Below, one piece after another: positions 8,290-17,891 of a stretch of DNA of 64,000 nt. The translations under genes and the position numbers were made by a program. Source of the DNA: Bacteroidales bacterium (GTDB lineage: Bacteria; Bacteroidota; Bacteroidia; Bacteroidales; FEN-979). Each line of letters begins with the position of its first letter. Position 1 is the first letter of the stretch. The notes below the pieces were generated by a model. The model was not told where the DNA came from and made no database searches. It saw only the letters and a list, made by a program, of their open reading frames with translations. The stretch lies in contig JBBRTX010000018.1 in NCBI GenBank assembly GCA_038244085.1, positions 6,621 through 70,620 on the forward strand, written 5' to 3'.

Positions 8290-11200
8290 CTATTTTGAAA
8301 AATCCATTTCAGAAAGGCGTTTATAGTTTTTATATCTCCATTTTGCATTGTCTTCGGCAGCTTTGAAGAGTTCGACTGATTCAGCAGGGAACATCTTCTG
8401 CAAAGAAGTATAACGTACCTCGCTGGCAAGGAAGTCCTGGAATTTGGTCCATTCAGGCTCTTTTGAATCGAGCGTGAAAGGATTCTTTCCGTCTTGTTCA
8501 TTCAGCGGGTTGTAGCGGTATAGCTGCCAGTAACCTGACTTAACAGCACGGTCCATTTCTTCCTGGCTTTTACCCATTCCGAGTTTGAGACCATGATTGA
8601 TACAGGGTGCATAGGCGATTACGAGTGAAGGCCCTTTGTAAGCTTCCGCTTCTTTCAGTGCCCTGAAGAGCTGGCTGTTATTGGCGCCCATTGCAACCTG
8701 TGCGACATATACATAACCGTAGGTCATCGCCATTGCACCGAGATCTTTTTTCCTGACCTTTTTCCCTGATGCAGCAAATTTTGCCACAGCACCAATCGGG
8801 GTTGCTTTGGAAGATTGTCCACCGGTGTTGGAGTATACTTCGGTATCCATGACAAGCACATTGATATCTTCGCCGGAGGCAAGGACATGATCCAGTCCGC
8901 CGTAGCCGATATCGTATGCCCAGCCATCTCCGCCAAATACCCATACTGATTTCTTAATCAGGTATTGTTTCAGACCAAGAATGTCTTTGGCCAGCTGGTG
9001 AGTTTCTTTCTCCAGCATCGGGAGCAGTTTGTCGGTTGCCGCGATTGATTTCTCGGCATCTTCCATTCCTTCGATCCATTCTTTGAAAGCCTCGAGGGTT
9101 TCGACAGCCATCATATTTTCTTTGATGGCAGCGCGCATTTTCCAGGCAATTCTTGATCTCAGTTTGTTCACGCTCGTGGTCATTCCAAAACCATATTCAG
9201 CATTGTCTTCAAACAAAGAGTTCGCCCATGCCGGTCCTCGGCCCTTATCATCGACTGTATAAGGAGTAAACGGAGCCGTACCACCATAGATGGATGAACA
9301 TCCCGTTGCGTTAGCAATCATCATCCGTTCGCCAAAAAGCTGGGTAACCAGTTTTACGTAAGGTGTTTCGCCGCAACCTGCGCAGGCACCGGAAAATTCA
9401 AACAAGGGTTGTGCAAACTGGCTGTTTTTAAAAGTCTTTAATTTGGGAGCCAGATTTGTTTTATAAGTAATATGATCGATGAGATAATCCCAGTTTTTGG
9501 TTTCTTCCATCTGTGTACCCAGGAGCTTCATTTCAAGTGCCTTGGTTTTGGCCGGACAAACATCAACACAGTTTCCGCAGCCGGTACAATCAAGCACACT
9601 GACCTGGATCTTAAAATCGAGTCCGACCAGTTCTTTTCCGATAGCTTTAATGGTTTTTATTCCTGCAGGAGCATTTTTCTTTTCTTCCTCATTCAGAAGG
9701 AAAGGACGAATGACAGCGTGAGGACAAACAAAAGCGCACTGATTACATTGAATACAGTTTTCTTCTATCCATTCAGGAACATAAACCGCGATTCCGCGTT
9801 TTTCCAGTTTGGTCATTCCATTGGGAAATGTCCCGTCTTCTCTTCCAACGAAAGCGCTTACGGGAATATCATCACCCTGAAAGCGATTTACTTTATCGAA
9901 GATCTGGTGATAAAAATCATTTTTCCCTGCATCATGACCGTTCACAATGAGTTTTGACCATTCTGCGGGAATTTCGATCTTTTCAACCTCACCGCCTTTA
10001 TCAATGGCCTCGTAGTTCATCTTCACAATCTCTTCTCCCTTAAGGCCATAGGTCTTATAGATGGCTTTTTTCATGAATTCAACGGCCTTTTCGTAAGGAA
10101 TAACGCCGGAAACCTTGAAGAATGCTGACTGCATGATGGTATTGGTACGATTACCCAGCCCGATGCTGTCGGCAATCTTGGTGGCATCGATAATATAGAA
10201 GTTGATCTTGTGATCGGCAAGGTATTTCTTCATATGATCCGGAAGCCTTTTCTTGGTTTCTTCTGCATCCCAGATACTGTTCAGCAGGAAAGTACAACCG
10301 TCCTTCAGCCCTTTCAGCATATCATATTTCTCCAGGTAAGCAGGAACGTGGCATGCAACAAAATCAGGTGTGATCACAAGATACGGTGAGCGGATTGGTT
10401 TGTCCCCAAAACGAAGGTGGGAAACCGTAATACCTCCTGATTTCTTGGAATCATAAGCAAAATAGGCCTGTGCATATTTATCGGTATTCTCCCCGATGAT
10501 CTTGATGGAATTCTTATTGGCGCCAACCGTTCCGTCAGAACCGATTCCGAAGAATTTCGCAGAAAAAGTTCCTGCAGGGCTGATGTCAACTTCCTCAAGT
10601 AAAGGAAGTGAATGAAAGGTTACGTCATCAACGATACCGAGCGTGAAATGGTTCTTTGGTTCTTTTGCTTTCAGGTTGTTGAATACTGAGATGATCTGGA
10701 CCGGTGTGGTATCTTTTGAAGATAACCCGTAACGACCGGCGATGACCATCGGATGGCTTTCTGTTTCATAGAAAAGATCACGGATATCAAGATATAAAGG
10801 ATCTCCGTTTGCGCCAGGTTCCTTGGTACGATCAAGCACACAAATTCTTTTAACGCTCTTCGGAAGCACATTGAAGAAATATTTAGCAGAGAAAGGACGA
10901 TAAAGGTGAACGGTCAATAAACCAACCTTTTCTCCCTTTGCTGTAAGGTGATCAATTACTTCCTTGGTGGTATCGGTAACAGATCCCATGGCAATGATGA
11001 TATTTTCAGCATCCGGTGAACCATAATAGGTGAAAGGATGATATTCGCGGCCAGTGAGTTTGGTGATTTCCTGCATATAGCCTTCAACGATATCAGCAAC
11101 CGGCTCATAGAAACGGTTGACCGCTTCTTTTGCCTGGAAGAAAATATCCGGGTTCTGGGCGGTTCCACGGGTAACAGGATGCTCAGGATTCAATGCCCTG

Positions 11201-11820
11201 TCGCGGAATTCCTGTAATGCCTTGTGATCAATCAGTTTTATCATATCCTCATTACCGAAAGCCTCGATTTTCTGGATTTCGTGTGAAGAACGGAAACCGT
11301 CGAAAAAATGAAGGAAAGGTACCCTGGATTTTATTGCGCTCAGGTGCGCGATTCCTGCGAGATCCATGATTTCCTGGATACTGCCGCTGGCCAACATTGC
11401 AAAACCGGTTTGACGGGTTGCATAAATATCGGAATGATCGCCAAAAATGGACAATGCATGAGCAGCCACCGTACGGGCGCTGACGTGGAATACACCGGGA
11501 AGTAATTCACCGGCAATCTTATACATATTGGGGATCATCAGTAATAACCCCTGGGAAGCGGTAAAAGTAGAAGTTAATGAACCAGCCTGTAATGAACCGT
11601 GAAGGGCACCGGCAGCACCGGCTTCAGATTGCATTTCGACCACTTTCACTTCATCGCCGAAAATGTTCTTGCGACCATGAGCAGCCCACTCGTCGACGTT
11701 CTCAGCCATGTTAGAAGAAGGAGTAATTGGGTAGATGGCAGCAACCTCGCTGAACATATACGCCATATGTGCAGCAGCCTGGTTACCGTCGCAGGTAATA
11801 AAAGTTTTTTTCTTTTCCAT
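8290..11820 (-). CDS. nifJ: Pyruvate:ferredoxin (flavodoxin) oxidoreductase
   Basis: 1176-aa single-chain PFOR. It has two ferredoxin-type clusters (CIQCNQCAFVCPHA, CTGCGNCVDVCPA) and the TPP motif GGDGWAYDIGYGGLDHV. Confidence 0.97.
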   Translation of the reverse strand: MEKKKTFITCDGNQAAAHMAYMFSEVAAIYPITPSSNMAENVDEWAAHGRKNIFGDEVKVVEMQSEAGAAGALHGSLQAGSLTSTFTASQGLLLMIPNMYKIAGELLPGVFHVSARTVAAHALSIFGDHSDIYATRQTGFAMLASGSIQEIMDLAGIAHLSAIKSRVPFLHFFDGFRSSHEIQKIEAFGNEDMIKLIDHKALQEFRDRALNPEHPVTRGTAQNPDIFFQAKEAVNRFYEPVADIVEGYMQEITKLTGREYHPFTYYGSPDAENIIIAMGSVTDTTKEVIDHLTAKGEKVGLLTVHLYRPFSAKYFFNVLPKSVKRICVLDRTKEPGANGDPLYLDIRDLFYETESHPMVIAGRYGLSSKDTTPVQIISVFNNLKAKEPKNHFTLGIVDDVTFHSLPLLEEVDISPAGTFSAKFFGIGSDGTVGANKNSIKIIGENTDKYAQAYFAYDSKKSGGITVSHLRFGDKPIRSPYLVITPDFVACHVPAYLEKYDMLKGLKDGCTFLLNSIWDAEETKKRLPDHMKKYLADHKINFYIIDATKIADSIGLGNRTNTIMQSAFFKVSGVIPYEKAVEFMKKAIYKTYGLKGEEIVKMNYEAIDKGGEVEKIEIPAEWSKLIVNGHDAGKNDFYHQIFDKVNRFQGDDIPVSAFVGREDGTFPNGMTKLEKRGIAVYVPEWIEENCIQCNQCAFVCPHAVIRPFLLNEEEKKNAPAGIKTIKAIGKELVGLDFKIQVSVLDCTGCGNCVDVCPAKTKALEMKLLGTQMEETKNWDYLIDHITYKTNLAPKLKTFKNSQFAQPLFEFSGACAGCGETPYVKLVTQLFGERMMIANATGCSSIYGGTAPFTPYTVDDKGRGPAWANSLFEDNAEYGFGMTTSVNKLRSRIAWKMRAAIKENMMAVETLEAFKEWIEGMEDAEKSIAATDKLLPMLEKETHQLAKDILGLKQYLIKKSVWVFGGDGWAYDIGYGGLDHVLASGEDINVLVMDTEVYSNTGGQSSKATPIGAVAKFAASGKKVRKKDLGAMAMTYGYVYVAQVAMGANNSQLFRALKEAEAYKGPSLVIAYAPCINHGLKLGMGKSQEEMDRAVKSGYWQLYRYNPLNEQDGKNPFTLDSKEPEWTKFQDFLASEVRYTSLQKMFPAESVELFKAAEDNAKWRYKNYKRLSEMDFSK

Positions 11821-11875
11821 AATTTATTGATAATTAAAGTATTCCGTGTTGGATTGCTATTCTCCAAAGAAGCGG

Positions 11876-11883
11876 CAAAGGTA
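11876..11883 (-). promoter_or_regulatory. Candidate -7 promoter box (TACCTTTG) for nifJ
   Basis: Plus strand reads caaaggta, i.e. TAnnTTTG on the minus strand, 56 nt upstream of ATG 11820. Confidence 0.5.
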
Positions 11884-11984
11884 CGAGTTCTTTTTCTTTT
11901 AACATAGTAAAACCCGGAATATTTTTCTCAATAAAACCACGTGACCGTTCACGCTAAACCGATTCGAAAACCCGCTGGTTTTTG

Positions 11985-11992
11985 TACTTTTG
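11985..11992 (+). promoter_or_regulatory. Candidate -7 promoter box (TACTTTTG) for mutS2
   Basis: Exact TAnnTTTG match. It lies inside the ORF-track N-terminal extension (TTG 11982), which argues for the downstream in-frame TTG at 12006. Confidence 0.45.
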
Positions 11993-12005
11993 CAAAAAAA
12001 GAAAT

Positions 12006-14321
12006 TTGATCTTTCCATCCAATTTTGAACAGAAAATAGGCTTTGACCTGGTACGCCAGATGCTGAAGGGAAACTGCCTCAGTCCGCCCGGTTTAATGCA
12101 TGTAGAAAAAATAGGTTTTTCTGCTGAAGCCGGTAAGATCAGGCAGGCGCTTGAAGAGACGGAAGAATTGCGGCAACTCACGCTTTCCGGACAGCCATTT
12201 CCTTCGCAGGATTACTACGATCTGACACCGGAAATTCATCATATCAGGGTGGAAGGCGCTTTTCTGGAACCTGAACAATTATCCAGGCTGAAGCTTTCCC
12301 TGGCGACCATCCTGCAAATCGTTACCTTCCTGAATGCACGATCAGGTTCGGTTCCAAGATTGATGCATCTTGCAGAAAAGGTAACGTTCGACAAAAATAT
12401 CCCTCGTAACATCGAAAAAATCATCGATGAAAGGTCAAAAGTCAGGGATTCTGCCTCAACGGCGCTGGGAAAAATCCGGAAGGAAAAAATCTCCAAACAA
12501 TCCCTGGTAGAAAGAAAAATTCAGCAAAACCTGAAAACTGCCAGGAAGTCAGGATGGACACCGGAGGATGCAGACATTACCCTCAGGGACGGACGCCTTG
12601 TCATCCCGTTGCTGAGCACGCATAAAAGAAAGATCCTTGGCGTTATTCATGATGAATCCTCGACAGGCCAGACGGTTTATCTTGAACCGGCAGATGTGCT
12701 GGAAACGAATAACGAACTCCGTGAACTCGATTATGCCGAAAGAAGGGAGATCATCCGGATTCTGACTGTTTTTTCCGATGAACTCCGCCCACAGGCCGAA
12801 GATCTTCTGGATGCTTATTATTTCCTGGGTGCCATCGATTTTATCCGGGCCAAAGCCTTGTTTGCCCTTTCGATCAGGGGAATCCTCCCCTCCTCGCTTT
12901 CACCTGACCCCATCATTCACTGGAACCAGGCGATTCATCCGCTGCTTTTTCTGTCGCACGAAAGACAGAAGAAGACCGTTGTCCCCCTTTCACTGGAGTT
13001 GAATGAAAACCAGCGGATCCTCATCATTTCAGGTCCAAATGCCGGCGGAAAATCGGTTTGCCTGAAAACGGTCGGCCTCCTGCAGTATATGCTTCAGTGC
13101 GGATTATTGATACCGGTAAGGGAAGATTCCGTGGCCGGTATTTTTCAAAAAATCTACATTGATATCGGCGATGAACAATCCCTGGAAAATGATCTCAGCA
13201 CCTATACTTCCAAGCTTTATAACATCAAGTTCTTCATTGAGCATGTGGATGACCGGTCTCTTTTTCTGATCGATGAATTTGGCACGGGAACAGATCCTGC
13301 CCTGGGAGGAAGTATTGCGGAAGCCAGTCTGGAGGCAATGAACGAGAAAAAAGCCCTTGGAGTGGTAACGACGCACTATTCCAACCTTAAACTGCTTGCA
13401 GGCAGGTTGCCGGGTATCGTTAACGGAGCGATGCTCTACGATTCGGCAGGAATGAAACCCCTTTACCAGCTTAAAACCGGTAATCCCGGCAGTTCTTTCG
13501 CCTTTGAAATCGCACAACAGATCGGCTTCCCGGAAAAAGTACTCGAGGCCGCCCGGGCAAAGACCGGCACAAGCCAACTGGATTTCGACAAGGAACTCCA
13601 GGATCTTGAAGTGGAGAAATATGCCTTGAAGAAAAAGTCGGAGAAAGTGCAGTTCGCAGATGATTTCCTGGCGGAGCTGATCTTAAAATACCAGAAAAAA
13701 AATGAGGATCTAGAGAAAACCCGGAAGGAGATTCTGCTAAATGCAAAGGCAGAAGCACTGAAAATGGTTACGGAATCCAATAAGACCGTAGAAAAGACGA
13801 TCAAAGAGATCCGTGAAAGCCAGGCAGAGAAGCAAAAAACAAAAGAAGCGAGGAAGGAACTTCATCAGCTGAAGGAGAAACTCGAAAAGGAAGAAATCCC
13901 GCCATCGCCTTCGGAACCACTGCCCGAAACCGCCCCGGCAAAAAGTGATAAGGCCAGGGTTTTCCACTCACTTTCCAGCATCCGGGACATTGAAGGGGAA
14001 AAACCTGTACTGCCACCTTTACGAAAAAACAGTCCTTACCAGTCCATTTACAATGATCTCCAGGAAAAATTAAGGGATTTCAAGCTGACCCTTGACCTGC
14101 GAGGCAAAAGGGCGGATGAATCCCAATCATTGCTTCAGCATTATATTGACGATGCTTTACTGTTGACCATCCCCGAGGTAAGGATACTCCACGGAAAAGG
14201 CAATGGTGTATTGCGCCAGATTACGCGGGATTATTTATCGACAGTCAGGGAGGTAAAACATTATGCCGATGAAGCGTTAGAACGCGGTGGATCAGGGATT
14301 ACATTGGTTTCCTTCAGGTAA
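12006..14321 (+). CDS. mutS2: Endonuclease MutS2 (MutS domain V ATPase + C-terminal Smr domain)
   Basis: Walker A ISGPNAGGKSV, DEFGTGTDP, a coiled-coil Lys/Glu-rich linker and the Smr domain LDLRGKRADES...ILHGKGNGVLRQ. Proposed start TTG 12006 gives (M)IFPSNFEQKIGFD, the usual MutS2 N-terminus; the start is uncertain (11982-12006). Confidence 0.9.
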   Translation: MIFPSNFEQKIGFDLVRQMLKGNCLSPPGLMHVEKIGFSAEAGKIRQALEETEELRQLTLSGQPFPSQDYYDLTPEIHHIRVEGAFLEPEQLSRLKLSLATILQIVTFLNARSGSVPRLMHLAEKVTFDKNIPRNIEKIIDERSKVRDSASTALGKIRKEKISKQSLVERKIQQNLKTARKSGWTPEDADITLRDGRLVIPLLSTHKRKILGVIHDESSTGQTVYLEPADVLETNNELRELDYAERREIIRILTVFSDELRPQAEDLLDAYYFLGAIDFIRAKALFALSIRGILPSSLSPDPIIHWNQAIHPLLFLSHERQKKTVVPLSLELNENQRILIISGPNAGGKSVCLKTVGLLQYMLQCGLLIPVREDSVAGIFQKIYIDIGDEQSLENDLSTYTSKLYNIKFFIEHVDDRSLFLIDEFGTGTDPALGGSIAEASLEAMNEKKALGVVTTHYSNLKLLAGRLPGIVNGAMLYDSAGMKPLYQLKTGNPGSSFAFEIAQQIGFPEKVLEAARAKTGTSQLDFDKELQDLEVEKYALKKKSEKVQFADDFLAELILKYQKKNEDLEKTRKEILLNAKAEALKMVTESNKTVEKTIKEIRESQAEKQKTKEARKELHQLKEKLEKEEIPPSPSEPLPETAPAKSDKARVFHSLSSIRDIEGEKPVLPPLRKNSPYQSIYNDLQEKLRDFKLTLDLRGKRADESQSLLQHYIDDALLLTIPEVRILHGKGNGVLRQITRDYLSTVREVKHYADEALERGGSGITLVSFR

Positions 14322-14390
14322 ACCTCCGGCACAAAATTGTGAATTGTTAAGGTCAAAGGATGAAGATTGGTTGTTCTTAAACTTTTTGTT

Positions 14391-14398
14391 TAACTTTG
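14391..14398 (+). promoter_or_regulatory. Candidate -7 promoter box (TAACTTTG) for the carboxyltransferase gene
   Basis: Exact TAnnTTTG match, 28 nt upstream of ATG 14426. Confidence 0.5.
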
Positions 14399-14425
14399 CC
14401 CGTTTTGTAAAAAAAACCACCCACC

Positions 14426-15973
14426 ATGAGTTTACGTCAAAAAACCAATGAATTAAAAAAACGCATGCAGGAAGCTTTTCAGGGTGGCGGCGAACAAGCC
14501 AACGAAAAGCAGAAAGCATCCGGGAAGATGACTGCCCGGGAACGTATCCTTGCCTTACTTGATCCTGAATCTTTTCATGAATATGATTTGTTTGTGAAAC
14601 ATGCGGGTGTTGATTTCGATATGGACAAAAAATACCTGCCGGGCGACGGTGTTATTACCGGCACCGGGCTGATCAACAGTTGGCCGGTATGTATTTTTGC
14701 CCAGGATTTCACCGTTGCGGGTGGTTCACTCGGTTACATGCATGCCAAGAAGATTACGAAAATCATGGATCACGCCATGAAGATGAAGGTGCCTTTAATT
14801 GGTATCAACGATTCAGGTGGTGCACGTATTCAGGAAGGCGTCAACTCCCTGGCAGGTTATGGTGAGATTTTTTACCGTAATACCCAGGCTTCAGGCGTAA
14901 TTCCGCAGATTTCCGTGATTCTCGGACCTTGTGCCGGTGGTGCGGTATATTCGCCCGCTTTGACCGACTTTGTTTTCGTGGTAGATAAAATTTCCAAGAT
15001 GTTCATCACCGGGCCGGAAGTCATCAAAACCGTTCTGGGAGAAGAAATCTCGATGGAGGACCTTGGCGGTGCCCGGGTTCATGCCGAAGTAACCGGAAAT
15101 GCTCATTTCTTCGCCGAAAGCGAACAACAATGTTTTGATCAGATTAAGCGCCTGGTCAGTTTTATCCCATGGAACAATGAGAAAACGGCCGAGCATTTTC
15201 CCAAAAAATCGCCAAAACTCAGACAATATAAGATTGACGAAATCTTCCCGACCAATCCCATGCAACCTTACGATGTTCGGGATATCATCAAATCGATCTG
15301 CGACGATTCCGACTTTTTCGAAATTCATGAACTTTGGGCCGCAAATATCGTCATCGGTTTTGCAAGACTCGACGGACAGACCGTCGGGTTTGTAGCCAAT
15401 CAGCCAATGGTGCTTGCCGGTGTACTGGATGTTGATTCATCCGACAAGGCCGCAAGATTCATCCGTTACTGCGATGCCTTCAACATCCCGCTGGTCACAC
15501 TGGTTGACCTGCCCGGGTATCTTCCCGGTGTTGACCAGGAACATGCAGGCGTAATCCGCCATGGTGCAAAAGTGTTGTATGCCTATTCAGAAGCCAATGT
15601 CCCGAAGCTGACCGTTATTCTCCGAAAAGCCTATGGCGGGGGATATATCGCGATGTGTTCGCATCACCTGAGGGCCGATTTTGTTTTTGCATGGCCAACC
15701 GCAGAAATTGCAGTTATGGGGCCGGAAGGAGCCGCCAACATTATCTTCCGTAACGAAATCAAGGCTTCGGATAATCCTGAAGAAACCAGAAAGAAACTCA
15801 TCGAGGACTACCGGCAGAAGTTTGCCAATCCTTACGTAGCTGCTGCCTATGGTTATGTGGATGCCGTGATTGAACCATCCGAAACCCGGAATTTCCTGGT
15901 TCATTCCTTATCGATTGCCCAAAATAAAGGTGAAGTACCTCCGAAGAAAAAGCATGGCATTCCGCCATTTTAA
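14426..15973 (+). CDS. Acyl-CoA carboxyltransferase (methylmalonyl-CoA decarboxylase alpha / propionyl-CoA carboxylase beta type)
   Basis: 515-aa ORF covering the full two-lobe carboxyl transferase domain (GKMTARERI..., DSGGARIQEG, PQISVILGPCAGGAVYSPALTDF, ANQPMVLAGVLD, RKAYGGGYIAM). Confidence 0.92.
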   Translation: MSLRQKTNELKKRMQEAFQGGGEQANEKQKASGKMTARERILALLDPESFHEYDLFVKHAGVDFDMDKKYLPGDGVITGTGLINSWPVCIFAQDFTVAGGSLGYMHAKKITKIMDHAMKMKVPLIGINDSGGARIQEGVNSLAGYGEIFYRNTQASGVIPQISVILGPCAGGAVYSPALTDFVFVVDKISKMFITGPEVIKTVLGEEISMEDLGGARVHAEVTGNAHFFAESEQQCFDQIKRLVSFIPWNNEKTAEHFPKKSPKLRQYKIDEIFPTNPMQPYDVRDIIKSICDDSDFFEIHELWAANIVIGFARLDGQTVGFVANQPMVLAGVLDVDSSDKAARFIRYCDAFNIPLVTLVDLPGYLPGVDQEHAGVIRHGAKVLYAYSEANVPKLTVILRKAYGGGYIAMCSHHLRADFVFAWPTAEIAVMGPEGAANIIFRNEIKASDNPEETRKKLIEDYRQKFANPYVAAAYGYVDAVIEPSETRNFLVHSLSIAQNKGEVPPKKKHGIPPF

Positions 15974-16108
15974 TCTATTCACCTCAACCTCCGGCCCCTT
16001 CTCTTGAAGGAAAAGAGGTGCAGGGGATGAGTTGATTATGGCTTCAGGCCTGAGAATAAATCAGAAATCATTCATTAATGCCCCGAAAGGTGGTGATATC
16101 TTTTGAAA

Positions 16109-16426
16109 ATGGAAACAAACCCGGAATATCATCTCTTCAATTTTGAGTCTGGGATGTACAAAACCCTGTTGACAACGAAGTATGCCAACCGTAAGCCTTA
16201 CCAGGTGCCGGATATAAGACTGGTTTATGCATTTATCCCCGGTACCATTCTTGAGATTTTCGTCAAGGAGAAAAAAAAAGTGAAGAAGGGAGAGCCGCTT
16301 CTAACCTTTCAGGCCATGAAGATGAACAATGTTTTAAAAGCACCTATCACCGGAACCATTAAGAAGATCTATGTAAAATCAGGTGAGCGGGTACCAAAAT
16401 CCCAGGTATTGATCGAATTTAAGTAA
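16109..16426 (+). CDS. Small biotinyl-domain protein (biotin carboxyl carrier, 1.3S/MmdC-like)
   Basis: C-terminal biotinyl domain with the AMKM biotinylation motif (LLTFQAMKMNNVLKAPITGTIKKIYVKSGERV). ATG at 16109; the ORF track starts at TTG 16103. Confidence 0.85.
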   Translation: METNPEYHLFNFESGMYKTLLTTKYANRKPYQVPDIRLVYAFIPGTILEIFVKEKKKVKKGEPLLTFQAMKMNNVLKAPITGTIKKIYVKSGERVPKSQVLIEFK

Positions 16427-16507
16427 ATTTTGCGCTTCACTTCCTGCTGAGATTTTCTGCTATCGATTTTGAAATCAAATATTTTTGCAGATTTGGTTAA
16501 AAAAGTT

Positions 16508-16515
16508 TACTTTTG
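16508..16515 (+). promoter_or_regulatory. Candidate -7 promoter box (TACTTTTG) for rpsT
   Basis: Exact TAnnTTTG match, 59 nt upstream of ATG 16574. Confidence 0.55.
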
Positions 16516-16573
16516 TGCTCTTTTTCGAAAAGAATATTCAAACAATAATAGACCTTACAAGTAATCAATTCAC

Positions 16574-16837
16574 ATGGCAAATCACAAATCAGCTTTAAAA
16601 CGCATCCGCGCAACCAAAACCAAAAGAGATATTAACCGTTATCAGGGTAAGACGGTTCGTAACGCTGTTAAAGCTTTACGCAGCACCGAGGAGAAAGAAG
16701 AAATCGTAAAAGCGCTTCCTGACGTTATTTCAAAACTCGATAAGCTGGCCAAGAAAAGTGTTATACACAAGAACAAGGCCGCTAACCTGAAATCGAAACT
16801 GATGAAGAAAGCCAACGCCACCGCTGCAAAGGCTTAA
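16574..16837 (+). CDS. rpsT: 30S ribosomal protein S20
   Basis: 87-aa basic protein beginning [36 protein letters not shown], the canonical bS20 N-terminus. Confidence 0.95.
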   Translation: MANHKSALKRIRATKTKRDINRYQGKTVRNAVKALRSTEEKEEIVKALPDVISKLDKLAKKSVIHKNKAANLKSKLMKKANATAAKA

Positions 16838-16858
16838 CAACTTCTCATTAAAATATTG

Positions 16859-16916
16859 CACCACCGGATTGCCTGGGTTGAAAGACCAAAGCATCACCGG
16901 TGGTGTTTGTTTTTTA
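16859..16916 (+). terminator. Rho-independent terminator of rpsT
   Basis: CACCACCGG ...29 nt... CCGGTGGTG is a perfect 9-bp stem, followed by tttgttttttat. Confidence 0.75.
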
Positions 16917-16922
16917 TCTTTG
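16915..16922 (+). promoter_or_regulatory. Candidate -7 promoter box (TATCTTTG) for the acyltransferase operon
   Basis: Exact TAnnTTTG match immediately after the rpsT terminator, 72 nt upstream of ATG 16994. Confidence 0.5.
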
Positions 16923-16993
16923 TGACCAGGTGACCGGAACGGATTCAGGAAAATCTTTCCGCCGGACGCCTGGTCTTTGTTAATTCATCCGTT

Positions 16994-17833
16994 ATGCCTG
17001 AAGAGCCGATCACTATCACCCCTGATTTCATCAATATCAGGAAGGTCGTTGCCGCAAAAAACCCGCGGTTGCTGAAAATCCTGCCCGGGTTCCTTTTCAC
17101 ATTGCTTGAGAAAATCATTCACAGTGATGTCATTAATTATATCATTTATACCCATCGTGATAAGTTCGGATTGCCCTTTGTAAAGGCATCCCTGGATGAA
17201 TTCGGTGTTTCGGTCAAAGTGAGTGGGAATTCCGAAGATCTTCCGCTGAAAGGACGTATTATCCTGGTTTCCAATCACCCCCTGGGCGGTCTTGACGGAC
17301 TGGCTCTTATGCATGTAATCGGACTGGCAAGGCCCGATGTGGTCTTTCCGGTGAATGATCTTCTTTTATTCGTGCCGGGATTGAAATCGCTTTTCATCCC
17401 TATCAATAAACACGGAAAAAACAACGAAAATGTCGCCATCATCGATCAGACTTTCGCCTCAGATAAGGCTATCCTTTTCTTTCCGGCCGGACTGGTTTCC
17501 CGAAAGCAGAAAGGCGGAATCATCAAAGACCTGGAGTGGAAAAAAACTTTCATCACCCGGGCAAAAAAATACCAGCGGGACATCATCCCGGTATATATTT
17601 CCGGGCGGAATTCAAACTTCTTCTATAATTTTGCCAACTGGCGCAAACGACTCGGGATCAAGGTGAACCTTGAGATGATGCTCCTCCCTCATGAAATGGT
17701 GCGCCAAAACAAGAAAACCATTGAGATCACCTTTGGCAAACCGATCCTTTACACCAGCCTGGATAAAAGTCATACCGATGCCGAATGGGCAGAAATCGTC
17801 AAAGAAAAAGTATATCACCTGAAGAAGGATTGA
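16994..17833 (+). CDS. glsA: PlsC-family lysolipid O-acyltransferase (GlsA-like, glycine-lipid/flavolipin pathway)
   Basis: 279-aa ORF with acyltransferase box VSNHPLGGLDG and FFPAGLVSR. It sits directly upstream of an OlsB-type N-acyltransferase, the pairing described for Bacteroidales glycine-lipid synthesis. Confidence 0.65.
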   Translation: MPEEPITITPDFINIRKVVAAKNPRLLKILPGFLFTLLEKIIHSDVINYIIYTHRDKFGLPFVKASLDEFGVSVKVSGNSEDLPLKGRIILVSNHPLGGLDGLALMHVIGLARPDVVFPVNDLLLFVPGLKSLFIPINKHGKNNENVAIIDQTFASDKAILFFPAGLVSRKQKGGIIKDLEWKKTFITRAKKYQRDIIPVYISGRNSNFFYNFANWRKRLGIKVNLEMMLLPHEMVRQNKKTIEITFGKPILYTSLDKSHTDAEWAEIVKEKVYHLKKD

Positions 17834-17891
17834 TTAATTTTATACCCGGGTGCATCGGATGCACCCTTGACTACACACAAAAAGAATTTCT

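Noticed and set aside
9472-9957. 161-aa plus-strand ORF inside nifJ.
   Set aside because: It is a codon-aligned antisense frame of PFOR ((11820-9474) is divisible by 3). The same artefact class includes 13104-13577 (in mutS2), 19570-20133 (in the exonuclease gene), 44131-44592 (in nadB) and 46753-47346 (in the FG-GAP gene). I checked all of these and they are codon-aligned with the sense gene.
16038-16106. 22-codon ORF (MASGLRINQKSFINAPKGGDIF) in the carboxyltransferase-biotinyl protein spacer, considered as a tiny MmdD/OadG-like subunit.
   Set aside because: It is not hydrophobic, whereas OadG/MmdD-type subunits are membrane anchors. It is too short and has no supporting signals.
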